A DNA stretch of 64,000 nucleotides, from positions 42,198-106,197 of the forward strand of contig PS015419.1 of assembly GCA_048213135.1 (NCBI GenBank). Reading direction: 5' to 3'. Both the position numbers and the translations under genes were made by a program. The notes under the pieces were generated by a model. The model made no database searches, was not told the origin of the DNA, and saw nothing but the letters and a program-made list of their open reading frames with translations. Positions 37,651 through 49,764 of the stretch are shown piece after piece (the first letter of the stretch is position 1; every line of letters begins with the position of its first letter). The DNA comes from Reclinomonas americana ATCC 50394. Taxonomy: Eukaryota.

Positions 37651-38652
37651 ATGGTGGTGCGTGTCTTATGCATACTCTGCGCCTTTGCTCTTGCTGCTGG
37701 CCATGAGCCTCTGCGCGCGCGTGTGTGTGTCGCTCTGCGTCTGTGTTTATTTTTGCGCGTGGCCATGCTGACATGTCACGCACTCTCTCTTGTTGCTCAC
37801 ACACACTCGCGCGCTCGCAGTTTGTGCTTGTCATTGGCGATCTGCACATTCCGCATCGCGCGGCCGACTTGCCTCCGACATTCAAGACAATGCTGGTCAG
37901 TGTTGCTCTCACACACACAACATGCAATTATCCGCGCGCTCACTCTTCACACACACAAGGTACCCGGCAAGATCCAGCACATTCTGTGCACCGGCAACGT
38001 GTGCACCAAGGAGGCCTTTGAGTACCTCAAGACCATTTGCTCCGACATTCACCTCGCAAGAGGCGACTTTGATGATATGTCTCTCTCTCTTCATTGTCTG
38101 TCTGCCTTCTTTCCACTCGCTCATACGCGTGTGTGTGAGCGCACAGAAGATCAGGGAGAATGTGCCAGAGTACGATGTAGTGACACTCGGCGGCTTCAAG
38201 ATTGGCCTCATTCACGGCCATCAGGTGGTGCCGTGGGGCGACAAGGAGGCACTGGCAATGTGGCAGCGCAAGCTCGATGTCGATGTGCTGGTCTCGGGGC
38301 ACACACATGAGGTGCAGAGCGTGTGTGTGTGGAGTGAGAGCAGCGGAGCAGGAAGGGGCGTTCTCATGCATCATTCTTGTCAGGTGCGTGCGTATGAGCA
38401 CGAGAAGAAGTTCTATCTGAATCCGGGATCGGCCACGGGTGCGTTCAGTGCATTGAGAAGGTTTGTTGGCGTCGTTGTTGTCGTGCGTGTGTATGTATGT
38501 AACGCTCATGGTGTGTGGGTGGCAGCGAGGCGGAGACAGTACCATCATTCATCCTCATGGACGTGCAAAATACGCAAATCGTCACGTACGTGTATCAGTT
38601 CGACAAGGAACTGGTGGTGCGCAAGAAGGTCTTCAACAAGGAGGAGGCGTAG
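37651..38652 (+). CDS. VPS29: Retromer subunit VPS29
   Basis: [62 protein letters not shown]. Confidence 0.97.
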
Positions 38653-38892
38653 GCTTGATCTCCTCGTCGCTTTTCTATGTTTTGTGTGTGTGCGTGTGTG
38701 TGTGTGTGCGGACTGGCTTCTTGCGCGTGTGCTATTGAAAAATGGAACCCTGTCTGCGTTTCTCTTGTCTTTCTTTTCTCTTTGGTTGTTGCATTGAAAA
38801 AACAGTTGAATGTCTATGCTACACACACACACGCGCGCTCTCTCGCTCTCTCTGGCACACACACGCACACAGTTTCGCTCACTTGCTGCGCC

Positions 38893-40851
38893 TCATTGCG
38901 GAACCTCGGGGTCCGAGTCATCGCTCTCCGACTCGGCCTTGCCCGACGACTCGCCCTCGTCGGCCTTGGGAGAGGCCGATGGTGGCGGTGGCAGGTACTT
39001 GCGCGCCCTCTCCTCCGCCTCCTCGCTGCCGAGCTCGCTGGGCCAGAAGGCCGCGTGGTGTCGCATCACTTCGCGGATGGTGACAGTGGTGCCCGGCTGT
39101 GCCTTCTCGCGCACGGTTTCGGCACTCAGTGGCTCCAGGGCGGCCGTCTGGTGCAACAGCTGGCGCACAGTGGCCTCGGCAGCCGCCGGAATGGCGTCCA
39201 GGTTGTATCCGCCCTCGAGTGCAACCACCACGCGACCCTGCAAGCATGCACGAGTGTGTCAGAATGCAGAAACAGCTGCTCTGTCTCTCTTGCCTTCCGC
39301 CTCAACATTCCATGCACAATACATGGCACCTGCTCACTATTCGTTGCCTTCTCCACCCCCTTCTCCCGGTGCCCCCCTCCCACTCCGCAACTTGCGCCAG
39401 AGTGAGCAGTCGGCTGGTCATGTAGGCAAAGCCATTCGGCGTCAGCTGGAACTTGCCGAGTGGATCACCTGCGGCGGCGTCGAACCCGGCGCTGACCAGC
39501 ACCAGGTCCGGATCGAAGCGCTCACACACTGGCATAATCACGCACTCGAATGCCGCAGCGTAGTCGGCGTCGCCCTTGCCGAGCTGCGTGAACGGAATGT
39601 TGATGTTGAATCCCTGGCCGGCGCCGGTGCCCGAGTCCGCAATGGCGCCGGTGCCCGGGTAGAAAAAGTCACCGTACCGATGCAGGCTCACAAACAACAC
39701 CTGTGTGTGTGTGTGATCCAATGAGAGGTGAATTCCCCCTTGTGCGACAACACAAGCCACGCAACATCGTCGCGATCCTCGAAACACTTTTCCGTGCCGT
39801 TGCCATGATGCACATCCCAGTCGATGATCGCCACACGCCGAGCCAAGCCCGAGGCGATGGCGTCCTGCGCGGCCACGGCCACATTGTTCAGCATGCAGAA
39901 TCCCTGCGCCTTGATCGGCTCGCAGTGGTGGCCGGGCGGTCGGATGATGGCAAATGCGTTGCTGTACTCGCCTTGCAGCACACGGCGGCTCAATTCCTGC
40001 GAGACACACATGTGCATGAGAGGCGGCCGGCTCTATTGCCGCCAACAAAACACCACGCACCACCACACTCCCGCACGCCAGCATGGCCGCCTGGTACGTG
40101 TTGGCGCTGTAGAACATGTCGCCGTTGACACGGAAGCCGAGATGAGCCGCCAGTCCCGACGCCAAGTCACCACTGCGACGCAGCGACGGACAAGTTGGAG
40201 TGAGAGAGGGGCTCGAAGACCGCAAGCGCCCTTTCTCACGCATTCACCAACAAGAAAGCAACAACTGTCTTGCCGATGAAGTCCAACCATCACGAAACTC
40301 TTCTTCCTCGTCAAACCACGTCGTCGACGACTGCAAGTAATCCACAATCGACGCATCGTGCACGCGCAGCACCTCCTCGCGCGTGGCCTCGCGCGCCGGC
40401 ATCCGCTGCATTTGCTCTGCGACAATAATCGCTGAGAGAGAGATTGACAGGCAGCACACTCGTTATCAATTGACGTGCGCGCACCCGTCAACCCGCACGC
40501 CCTCAGCCGCTCATGAATGCGCTCAATGCGCGCCGGGCACTCGGGATGCCGCGGTGGCCCCTGCACACTTGTGTCATGAGATTTACACAAGATAACTGAT
40601 CGATCTGTGTTTAACGCTCTCTCTGCGTGTGACCCTCCTCCTCTCCTCCAGCGCACCTGATGGAGCATCATACGCTCATCGAAGGCGTATCCAGTCGGCA
40701 ACTGCCAGGCGCGCAAGTCAACATCTTTGAGATCACGATGAAAAACGCGTGCACGTGACGATGACAAGGCACAGGCACAGGAGGAAGAGAAGGAGAAGAC
40801 ACGCAGTGGTGGTGGTGGTGGAGAGCGCGAAAGCCGTCCCCAATTGAACAT
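38893..40851 (-). CDS. Class II histone deacetylase (single HDAC6/10/Hda1-like domain; start uncertain)
   Basis: HPECPARI, RPPGHH, GFCMLNNVAVAA, DWDVHHGNGT, SAGFDAAAGDPLG, LEGGY. Confidence 0.93.
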
Positions 40852-41050
40852 TGGCACTTTGATGGAGAGAAGAACGATTGTGTTCGAAAAACCCAAACGC
40901 GCGCCGAGAGAGCAGCAGAAGGAGAAGAGAGAGACAGGAGGAAGAGGAACGATGCGTCACAGAACCTCGCTGCTCATAAGACCCGAGTTGAAGCAGAGTT
41001 GTCTGAGTGCCGATCGACTGACGTTTCCCGCTCAAATAAAAAGCACTTTC

Positions 41051-42555
41051 ATGACCGACGGACGCGCAGTTGTCGTCGACCTCGGTGCCGGCTGCATCAA
41101 GTACGGCTTCTCAGGTTTGTCACTCCATGTGCACACACACTGCATGCGTGTCCTTACGAGTGTGCGTGACATGGCGCGGCATGTCTTGTGCTTTTTTTGC
41201 AGCCTATGAGCTTCCGCGCATCATGCCACACGTGTTCCTCCGCTCCAGCGATCCCTCCACAGTGCCGTCGCTGTTTGGCGAGGCCGCAGTGGCGAGCAGT
41301 GAGGAGGAGCAGATGCAGCGGAGTCTGTGCAGAAGTGTGTGGCGCGGAGGGCGCGTCGAGGACTTTGGAGCGTTCTGTGAGCTGCTGGAGAATGTGTACA
41401 GTGCGGCTCCGGAGCGGTTGGATGTGGCGTTTGAGACGCAGGTGTGTGTGTCTCTCTGTGAGAGAGCAGCATGACATCGCAATGACGATTGTATGTCAGC
41501 CGCTGTTTTTGACTGAGTCGGAGCTGTGGGGAAAGCGATCAAAGGACTACCGAGAGGATCTCACGCAGGTGGTGTTTGAGGCGTTGGGAGTGCCGGCGTT
41601 CTACACGGCGTCGCATGGGGTCTTGTCGCTGATGGCGGTGGGGCGATCGTTGGGTGTGTCGGTGGATGTCGGCGAGGAGTCGACGAGAGTCGTGTTTGTG
41701 GAGGATGGTGCGCGTGTTTGCGCGTGTGTGCATCTGCGTGCGTTGTTGTGCTGATGTGGGGTGCAGGTATAACGCTGCCGTCGACTATTGCGGAGGTGCC
41801 GTTTGGGGGGAGACACATGACGGAGCGCTTGTTGCAGGCGGTGGGAAGGGATCAGTATTCGACTCTGCGCGGCTGGCACGCTGTCGATGCGTTGAAGAGA
41901 GAGGTTTGTCGTCGCCGCCGTTGTCTGTTGTTGCATCCGCATTGTGCTAACCTTGTCTCATTTCCACAGCAATGCTCGGTGCCACTCGATTACCTGTCGG
42001 CGTTGGAGGCCGCTGGCGACACGGCTGTCGAGTGCACCGTCGACGGCGCACCCGTGTCTGTGCGCAAGGCGGCCTGCATCGGTTGCGCCGAACCGCTCTT
42101 TAGTGCGGAATTGGCGTCGTCGGAGCTCGGCTGCAACAGTCTGGCGCAGACGATTCTCGACTCGCTGGCCACCCTCGATCAGTTCCAGCGTGCCGATCGA
42201 CTCACCGAAAAGGAAAAGGAGGTGCGTCTGTGTGTGTGCTCACCACCTTGTTTCTCACTCTGCGACACACACGTACTCATATTCGCCCGCCGCACAGCGA
42301 GACTTCCTCGCGAACATTGTGGTCTCCGGTGGCGGCTCGATGCTCGGCGGATTTGCAGAGCGGCTGCAGGTGGAGCTGGAATCGCTGGCCTCCTCCTCCA
42401 AGACGGTGCGTGTGACGGCACCAAGTGACCGGCATGTCGCCGCATGGCTCGGTGCCAGCACGTTGGTGGAGTTGCCGGTGTTCCAGTCGTCGTGGTGCGG
42501 TCGCGCAGAATACGACGAGTACGGACCACCGATTGTTAATCGCAAATGCCAATAG
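41051..42555 (+). CDS. Divergent actin-related protein
   Basis: AVVVDLGAGCIKYGFS, FEALGVPAFY, NIVVSGGGSMLGGFAERLQ, AAWLGAS, EYDEYGPPIVNRKC*. Confidence 0.92.
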
Positions 42556-42581
42556 AAAAAAGAGAGAACACTACGGATTCT

Positions 42582-43556
42582 TCATACGGCAAGTTGCTGT
42601 GGCGTGTGCACATCGTCGCCGCCAACCACCTCTCCTTCTTCGTCCGCCACCACTCCGGCAGCTAGCTCCTCCTCCAACCCAGTCAGCTCCGCCTCCGCAT
42701 AGCGGATCTCCTCCAGCACGTCGTTGATGGTGTCGATGGCCTGCGTAAGCTGCCGCCGCACCTCGCACATGGCCTGATAGCGCTCACGTGACGCCGCCGC
42801 CTCTTCCTCGTCCTCCTCCTCCTCCTCTTCTGCTGCCTCTCCGTGGTGATGATGATGGTTGTGATGGTCATCTTCGTCCGCCTCGTGTTCATGCTCGTGA
42901 TGATGATGACGCGCGGCCAGCTTGCGCGCCTTGGCCTTGTCGGCCGCCCGCCGAGCTTCATCGACGCGCGCCAGCTGATACCGCACTGTCAAGTGCAACT
43001 TGTCTCGCTCGCCCTCCTGCAGCGATCGAATCAGATCGGCCAGTGCGATGCACGACTCGCTGTCGGATAGCCGGAGTGCGGCCTCACACGAGCGAACACC
43101 AGCTGGAGGATGAAGAGAGAGTGAGAGTGAGCATGACGGAAAAGCACTGTTCTTTGTTTCCTGTGGACTCACCAGAGCACATGGCAAAGTGCTGTGTGAT
43201 GCGACTGCACATGGCCTGGAAGACACTGTCGTGCAGGTGCTCCAAGTACGATCGGAATGCGCTGTGTTGGTGTGTGAGTGAGAGAGAGACGTGCAACACA
43301 AATGATCACACACACACGCACGTGTCAAAGGCCTGATAGGTGACCACGCGACTCTCCTGGAACTGCCGCAAGCGGGCGAGAATGAGGAGAGGAGAGAGGG
43401 AGGAAGCAGCCGCCTGTGTGAACACCGCCTGTGAGTAAGAGTCACTCACATACACTCTCTCTCCCTCTCACACACAAACCTCGTCAGAGACATCAATCAG
43501 AGGCGGCAACTCTGGCAGTGCCGCCTCGGTGAGTTCATGCATGCAAGCCATGGCGT
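42582..43556 (-). CDS. REX1-B (C19orf60-like) domain protein with His/Glu-rich insert
   Basis: FQESRVVTYQAF, CSRITQHFA, LIRSLQEGERDKLHLT, AIDTINDVLEEIRY resemble the REX1-B family. Confidence 0.75.
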
Positions 43557-43723
43557 GTGGAAGGGCGAAGAACGAATGAGGAACAACACAGGCGGACAAC
43601 TCGTCGCAGGACTTTCGTTTGCTAACAAACATCATGTGGCCGTATATTACCGGCGGATAAACAAAAGGATGTGTGTGGTGGATGACAGAAGGAGAGCAAG
43701 CTCTCCGCGAGAAGGGATTTGGG

Positions 43724-46700
43724 TTATTCGCAGACGATTTCCACAGTCTTGGAGGCGGGTGGCGCTCTCCAGCCGGTGGCCATCCAGCGACACAGTTCCT
43801 GCATGTCGCGCCGACCCTCGGGCGCGTAGCGGAACCACACGTGCCTGGTGGGGGAGAGCAGAAGGGTGAGGGTGGGCGGAAGGTCATTGAGAATGGGGAG
43901 AAGAGAGAGGGCGCACGCACCACACGTGGAACACTGGTGCGAGGCGGAAGAGAATCGGAAAAATGAGCAAGAGTCAGTAGAAGACAGCATGGCAGATACT
44001 CAACTTCCTTGGAAGATCTGTGACAGAGGCGAGTCAGCAGGGATGATAGGGTGAGACAGGACTGCAGCAACACAATGGCACGTGCCTTCAGATGCGAGTT
44101 CACGCCGGCCTCCACGGCCCTCTCGTGCAGCTACAAAATAAGTGAGCACAGACAAGGGGAGAGGGGCGCCACTCACAAGAGGTTTCGCGGCTCACCATTC
44201 TTGAGTCGTCCAGGATCTGTTCGTCGCTTCCCACGTGGATGTACCTGTGACGTGCCGAAGCAATGAGACAGGAGCTTTGATGAGACACGAACTGGGGACT
44301 TGCCACGAAACATGGGAGGGAAGCCCTCGTATTTGCCGTACAGGGGCGAGTACAGCGGATTGTATCTTGAATCGTGTCCTGCATTCACAGAGTCACGCAC
44401 GTGCAGGCGGCACTCTCCCTCTGTGCCACGAAGCAACGCAACTGATCATCTCATCGATCGGATATCCTGCATGTCGCGCATAGTCAGCAAAAAGGAAGGC
44501 AAACACGGCCGGCACAGCAACAAGCTTCACGTACCGCTTGGGGAGTACAATACAGCATCTGCCGACAATCACAAGGAGGAGATGAGAAGGAGAGGAGAGT
44601 GAGAACAAGACAGCGCGCAGAGGCGGCGAACCGATATCCTTTTTCGTGACGCCAGTCTCCTTGTCGCACGAGATATCGGTCCAGGGGGCGATCAGGGCCA
44701 CGCGGCTCGGCAGTCCCAGTGGTGTATTGTCGACGTATTCGATGGAGGCCAGCGAGTCGCGTCTGCCACTCGCAGTGGGTGCCGGTGCGAAATGCGCTTC
44801 AGACAACAATGCACAAAAGAACGCAACGAACGAAGTGGCGAGTTCTCCGAGGCACTGCTATTGTTGCTGCCGATGACGTGCACCTCATGCGGGTGGCGCA
44901 GTCGCACGCGCGGATCAATGGCGTGCGATCGGCGCTTCAGTCGACGCTGTACGCGCGAGCGAGCCTCTCAGAAACATGTTGGATGTCGAGGAGGGCACAA
45001 AGTGAAGGAAATGTACCTGTATCTCGTGCATCACCAGCAGCGAGAGTCCACCGCCCGCCGAATCGCCTGCGCAACCGAGGGTTCAGCCACAGGCGCCGCC
45101 TTCATCCACTCACACGCACACATACACACCAAAGAAGACGACATTTTCGGGACGGATCTGCTTCTCGCACAACAGCCATTCGTAGCAGTCGGCGGAGAAA
45201 CGCACAATGTCGTGCAAGTACGCCTCTGCAGACGCAAAAGAGAGAGAGGGATTGGTTGGGAAAAGTCCGTCACTCCACCACACGCTGCGCCTTCACGCAC
45301 CTGGGGCGAGCGGGTACTCGACGGCAAACACCGGGAAGCCCGTTTCCTGAAAGATGAATTCATCTGCACGACGAGTGTCACGCGAGCGAACCAACAACAG
45401 CACCGACAGCAAACGACAAGCACGCAACATAGCTGGCGATACGTCTCCACCGAGCCTACAGCAGCAGGACACTCGAGTGAGCACGCACACAAACGGGAGA
45501 GAGACAAACGGAGCAGACTGGCTGTATGATGCGCAACTGAAGCCTGTTGCAATTGTTTTCGAACAGAACAGCGAGTGAGAAGAAGCACACGACAGTGGAG
45601 GTGAGGCAGGCCAAGCACGCAACAATAGGCGCCACCATGCGTGGCAAAGACCACCGTCTGATCCGGTCCGAGACGCAGCGGATCTTTGCCCGACCACACA
45701 AACTCGCCATCGACCAGTGCCGCGCCCTCATCGTCGCGAATGAGAACCTTCTCAAAGCGCACATCTACACTCACACACACAGCGTGAGAGAAGGAGAAGC
45801 ACAAGGAGCAGTGTGAGAGACTGACCGCGACTGCACGGGAAAAGCGCATCAAATCGGCGGAAAGCTCTCCGCTCCTTCTCCATGTCCTCAGGCGGAGTCT
45901 CGCGTCGCGTGCGGTTGCGGTACAGCAGTGACTTGATCGCGAGGAACTCCTCCGTGTGCTGCACTCACACAAACAAACAAACACAGACACAGACACATGA
46001 GAGAGACAGAGAGAATCAGTGACACACGTGCACGCAAGTGTGCTCACCTGGCCAACGACACCAGGCGGTCTTGTCTTGCCTGCGCGAATCTGACTGCGCT
46101 CTCTCTGTGTGCGTGTGAGTGTGTGAGGTGACATTGGTGATAATGCGCAGTCAAAAAACACACGCTCTCCACGCAACTCGCAACAGGCACACAAACACAG
46201 TGCGCACCAAGAACGCAAACAACCTGNNNNNNNNNNNNNNNNNNNNNNNNNNNNNNNNNNNNNNNNNNNNNNNNNNNNNNNNNNNNNNNNNNNNNNNNNN
46301 NNNNNNNNNNNNNNNNNNNNNNNNNNNNNNNNNNNNNNNNNNNNNNNNNNNNNNNNNNNNNNNNNNNNNNNNNNNNNNNNNNNNNNNNNNNNNNNNNNNN
46401 NNNNNNNNNNNNNNNNNNNNNNNNNNNNNNNNNNNNNNNNNNNNNNNNNNNNNNNNNNNNNNNNNNNNNNNNNNNNNNNNNNNNNNNNNNNNNNNNNNNN
46501 NNNNNNNNNNNNNNNNNNNNNNNNNNNNNNNNNNNNNNNNNNNNNNNNNNNNNNNNNNNNNNNNNNNNNNNNNNNNNNNNNNNNNNNNNNNNNNNNNNNN
46601 NNNNNNNNNNNNNNNNNNNNNNNNNNNNNNNNNNNNNNNNNNNNNNNNNNNNNNNNNNNNNNNNNNNNNNNNNNNNNNNNNNNNNNNNNNNNNNNNNNNN

Positions 46701-47390
46701 NNNNNNNNNNNNNNNNNNNNNNNNNNNNNNNNNNNNNNNNNNNNNNNNNNNNNNNNNNNNNNNNNNNNNNNNNNNNNNNNNNNNNNNNNNNNNNNNNNNN
46801 NNNNNNNNNNNNNNNNNNNNNNNNNNNNNNNNNNNNNNNNNNNNNNNNNNNNNNNNNNNNNNNNNNNNNNNNNNNNNNNNNNNNNNNNNNNNNNNNNNNN
46901 NNNNNNNNNNNNNNNNNNNNNNNNNNNNNNNNNNNNNNNNNNNNNNNNNNNNNNNNNNNNNNNNNNNNNNNNNNNNNNNNNNNNNNNNNNNNNNNNNNNN
47001 NNNNNNNNNNNNNNNNNNNNNNNNNNNNNNNNNNNNNNNNNNNNNNNNNNNNNNNNNNNNNNNNNNNNNNNNNNNNNNNNNNNNNNNNNNNNNNNNNNNN
47101 NNNNNNNNNNNNNNNNNNNNNNNNNNNNNNNNNNNNNNNNNNNNNNNNNNNNNNNNNNNNNNNNNNNNNNNNNNNNNNNNNNNNNNNNNNNNNNNTGTGT
47201 GTGAGAGAGAGAGAGTGAGTGTGAGTGTTTGTGTGAGAAAGTGTGTGTTTTGTTTGTGACAAGCACAACGCAACGACTTGCGAAAGGCGAAACACACAAT
47301 GACAAAGGCCAGTGAGGTGAGCGCAGTGGGCCAGATCCACACTGGCACCTCGCGCAGCCACTGCACCATGTCGCTCCACCAGCTCGACAT
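43724..47390 (-). CDS. Membrane-anchored alpha/beta hydrolase, hormone-sensitive-lipase (GDXG) family
   Basis: N-terminal TM segment, HGGAY, EYPLAP, spliced GDSAGGG nucleophile, IAPWTD, GSDEQILDD, HVW. Confidence 0.88.
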
Positions 47391-48033
47391 TTGTGTGTGT
47401 GTGCGAGAGTGCGCGTGCTCGGGACGTTTTGTGGTTTTTCGACAAGCGCGTCTGGAAATCATCGGAGCCTGTTGGCTAAAAACAAAAACAGAAGGCAAGG
47501 AAGGGCTAGGAGGGGCGAGCGTGGCGGCAGGGTGGTAACTCTCATAACTGTATTCGAAGAGTTGAGTCACTTCTGGTGAAACAACAAGGCAGCTTCGAAG
47601 TCGAAGAACATCGATATTCTTCGAATTCTATGTGCTGCGCTCGATTGCGAGTCCAGCGTGTTCAAGACTGGCCTTCCCGGAAGGGGTAGCTAACGTGGAG
47701 CTGCTGACAGAACGCGCAGTGGTTCAACAATCGAGCTCGACAAGCACGAAGTTCGAATTTTGGACAAGATATCGATCGCAGTGACTCGTGAGCTGCAGCC
47801 CTTTGCTCATCTCCGGAAGACAAAGTGATCACAAGGAAGAATTCTACGTCTAGCGGCACTGTTTGCCACCACCGCAGTCGGGCAGAGGACTTGCAGACTC
47901 GTTGGGCTCGAAAACGCGATTGTCCATACGCCCTCTCTCGCGCCCTTCTTCTCGACCCTCGGCTGACCATGGGCGGCTGGTAGCCATGAACGGTGGTGTA
48001 CGTGGAAAAACGAAACAGTCTTCGAAGACAAGG

Positions 48034-49682
48034 TTACGTAGACGGACTACATTCCAGTGTGACATCCGCACCGAATCGGACCGGCGCTGAATCACGTGCC
48101 CTGCTGGACCTGAGGAAATAGTTCCTTACTGCAACAGACGCAAAACCAACTCGAGAACTACCTATCTGACGAAAGAGACCCGTCGACGGGGCGAGCAAAT
48201 CAGACAGAAGAGCTGCAGTTGCCGACTCGTGTTGCGCCGGGCTGTTGTCCCCCCAGCGGCGAATTTGAAGGGCACGACGAATAGCTTGTCGAGCGTCGGC
48301 CAGTGAGATCGAGTCGCTTCGGTCAAGTGCTGCTTCCGGAACACGTCTTGGCATGCTCGCAGTGGCAGCGGATGCCTCCAGCAAACGGTGGACCAGCGCC
48401 TTGGCCCCGATGGCCTGTATCGTGATGCCACTTCCGGGAATCAGTCCCCATGGTCGTAAGCGGTGCTCCAAGTATGCGTCGACGCGCCTCACAGCGTCCT
48501 GCCTGAAAGTCAGGTCAGCTTGCAACTTGGAGATGTCAGGCCCCGCGATCGGCGGCGGAGCAGGTGGGGAAACATCCTCAGAGCGCCCCAGCTCCTGTCG
48601 CAGATGCATGAGAAGGTCCAAGTCGCCACCAACCAGATCGTAGATGGTTTCGATTTCCGAGGAGTCGAAGCTGGAGGCCAGCAGGTCACGGCATTCTTCC
48701 AGGGTCCAAGGCGGCCAGTCGAGGACGACGATGCGCGGTGAGATATCGCCAGTCCATTTCTCTGGAGCGGACGTCGTGAGTGACTCTGCCACGCGCACGC
48801 ACCCTGACAGCAACACGAAACGGAGTGCAATAAGTTGGTCCGCGCTGGTGACGACCAAGACGAAGCGCACGTGCGAAGCAAGGTCCTTGACGAAGGCGCC
48901 GAACGACGCAAGTGCCTGACGTCCCACAACAGCAGCGAACATTATAGAACCGATCACAAAAGGCAATAGATGCACAGCCTCAAACACATGCATACCTCAC
49001 GCCCCTCGAGACGATTCACGCCATCAACCACAAACACCGGCTTGTGATGCGATTGCTCTGCGAACCGCAGCGCTGCCTGACGGACCAAGTTGAACGTGCC
49101 CAGCATGCTTGGCGTCTCCGTTGACACGAAGAGATGGCGCGGAAAAGGGAATGGCGGCGTGAACGGGGTGCTGAGTACGTGCGCAAGCTTCCTCTCATCT
49201 GCATCCACCACGTCGCGTTCAATGCACGCGCACATGATGAAATGCACCATCACTGCCGCGGAGAGCGGGGGTCTTCTCACCGTCGATGCGAGCTCCGGCA
49301 GAGTCGAGAAACACCACACCGGATTGACCGGCGCAAAGCTCTTTCAGAGTGGTAGTCTTGCCACTGTACGGGTCGCCAACGACAGCGAACACCGCAGCGA
49401 ATCATCGTTGCCGAGTGGTGATGCTGGGTGGAGACAACGCACGATGCGATCCATCTCCACGGACGCTCGTCGGCACACAGGCCGCACATTGAGTGGGCGC
49501 TGCTCGGCTTCACCTCGTTAGACTTGAGTCAGCTTGCGTGCACTGCCTTCCCTCACCGGAGAGGAGAAGCCGGCGAGAAATGCGTTTGCGTGCTCCTGAT
49601 GTTGCTTGTAGAGGCCAAGCAGGCCCACACAACAGACGACTCCGACAGCAGCCACAGGCCCCCACGCTTGTTTAAACCACAT
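48034..49682 (-). CDS. TM-anchored P-loop NTPase (archaeal-ATPase/STAND-like) with an apparent 1-bp frameshift
   Basis: N-terminal hydrophobic helix, Walker A GDPYSGKT (49354-49377), Walker B-like PVFVVDG, later IYDLVGGDL. The upstream frame and the Walker A frame differ near 49392. Confidence 0.65.
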
Positions 49683-49764
49683 GGGAGCACACGAGGGAGA
49701 GGGGGAAACGGAGACGGAGGGAAACGGATGATTTACAGTGTTTGTTTGTCCTTTCGCACTCTCC

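Noticed and set aside
40170-40300. Apparent non-canonical junction in HDAC (and similar ones in DRC3 at ~30060-30115 and ~31740-31830)
   Set aside because: Nearby GT donors in the right phase (GTTTCG, GTCGGA, GTGACA) resolve them as ordinary GT-AG introns.
47660-47740. Possible tRNA or ncRNA (ccttcccggaagg hairpin, ggttcaa)
   Set aside because: No cloverleaf or recognisable RNA family could be built by eye.
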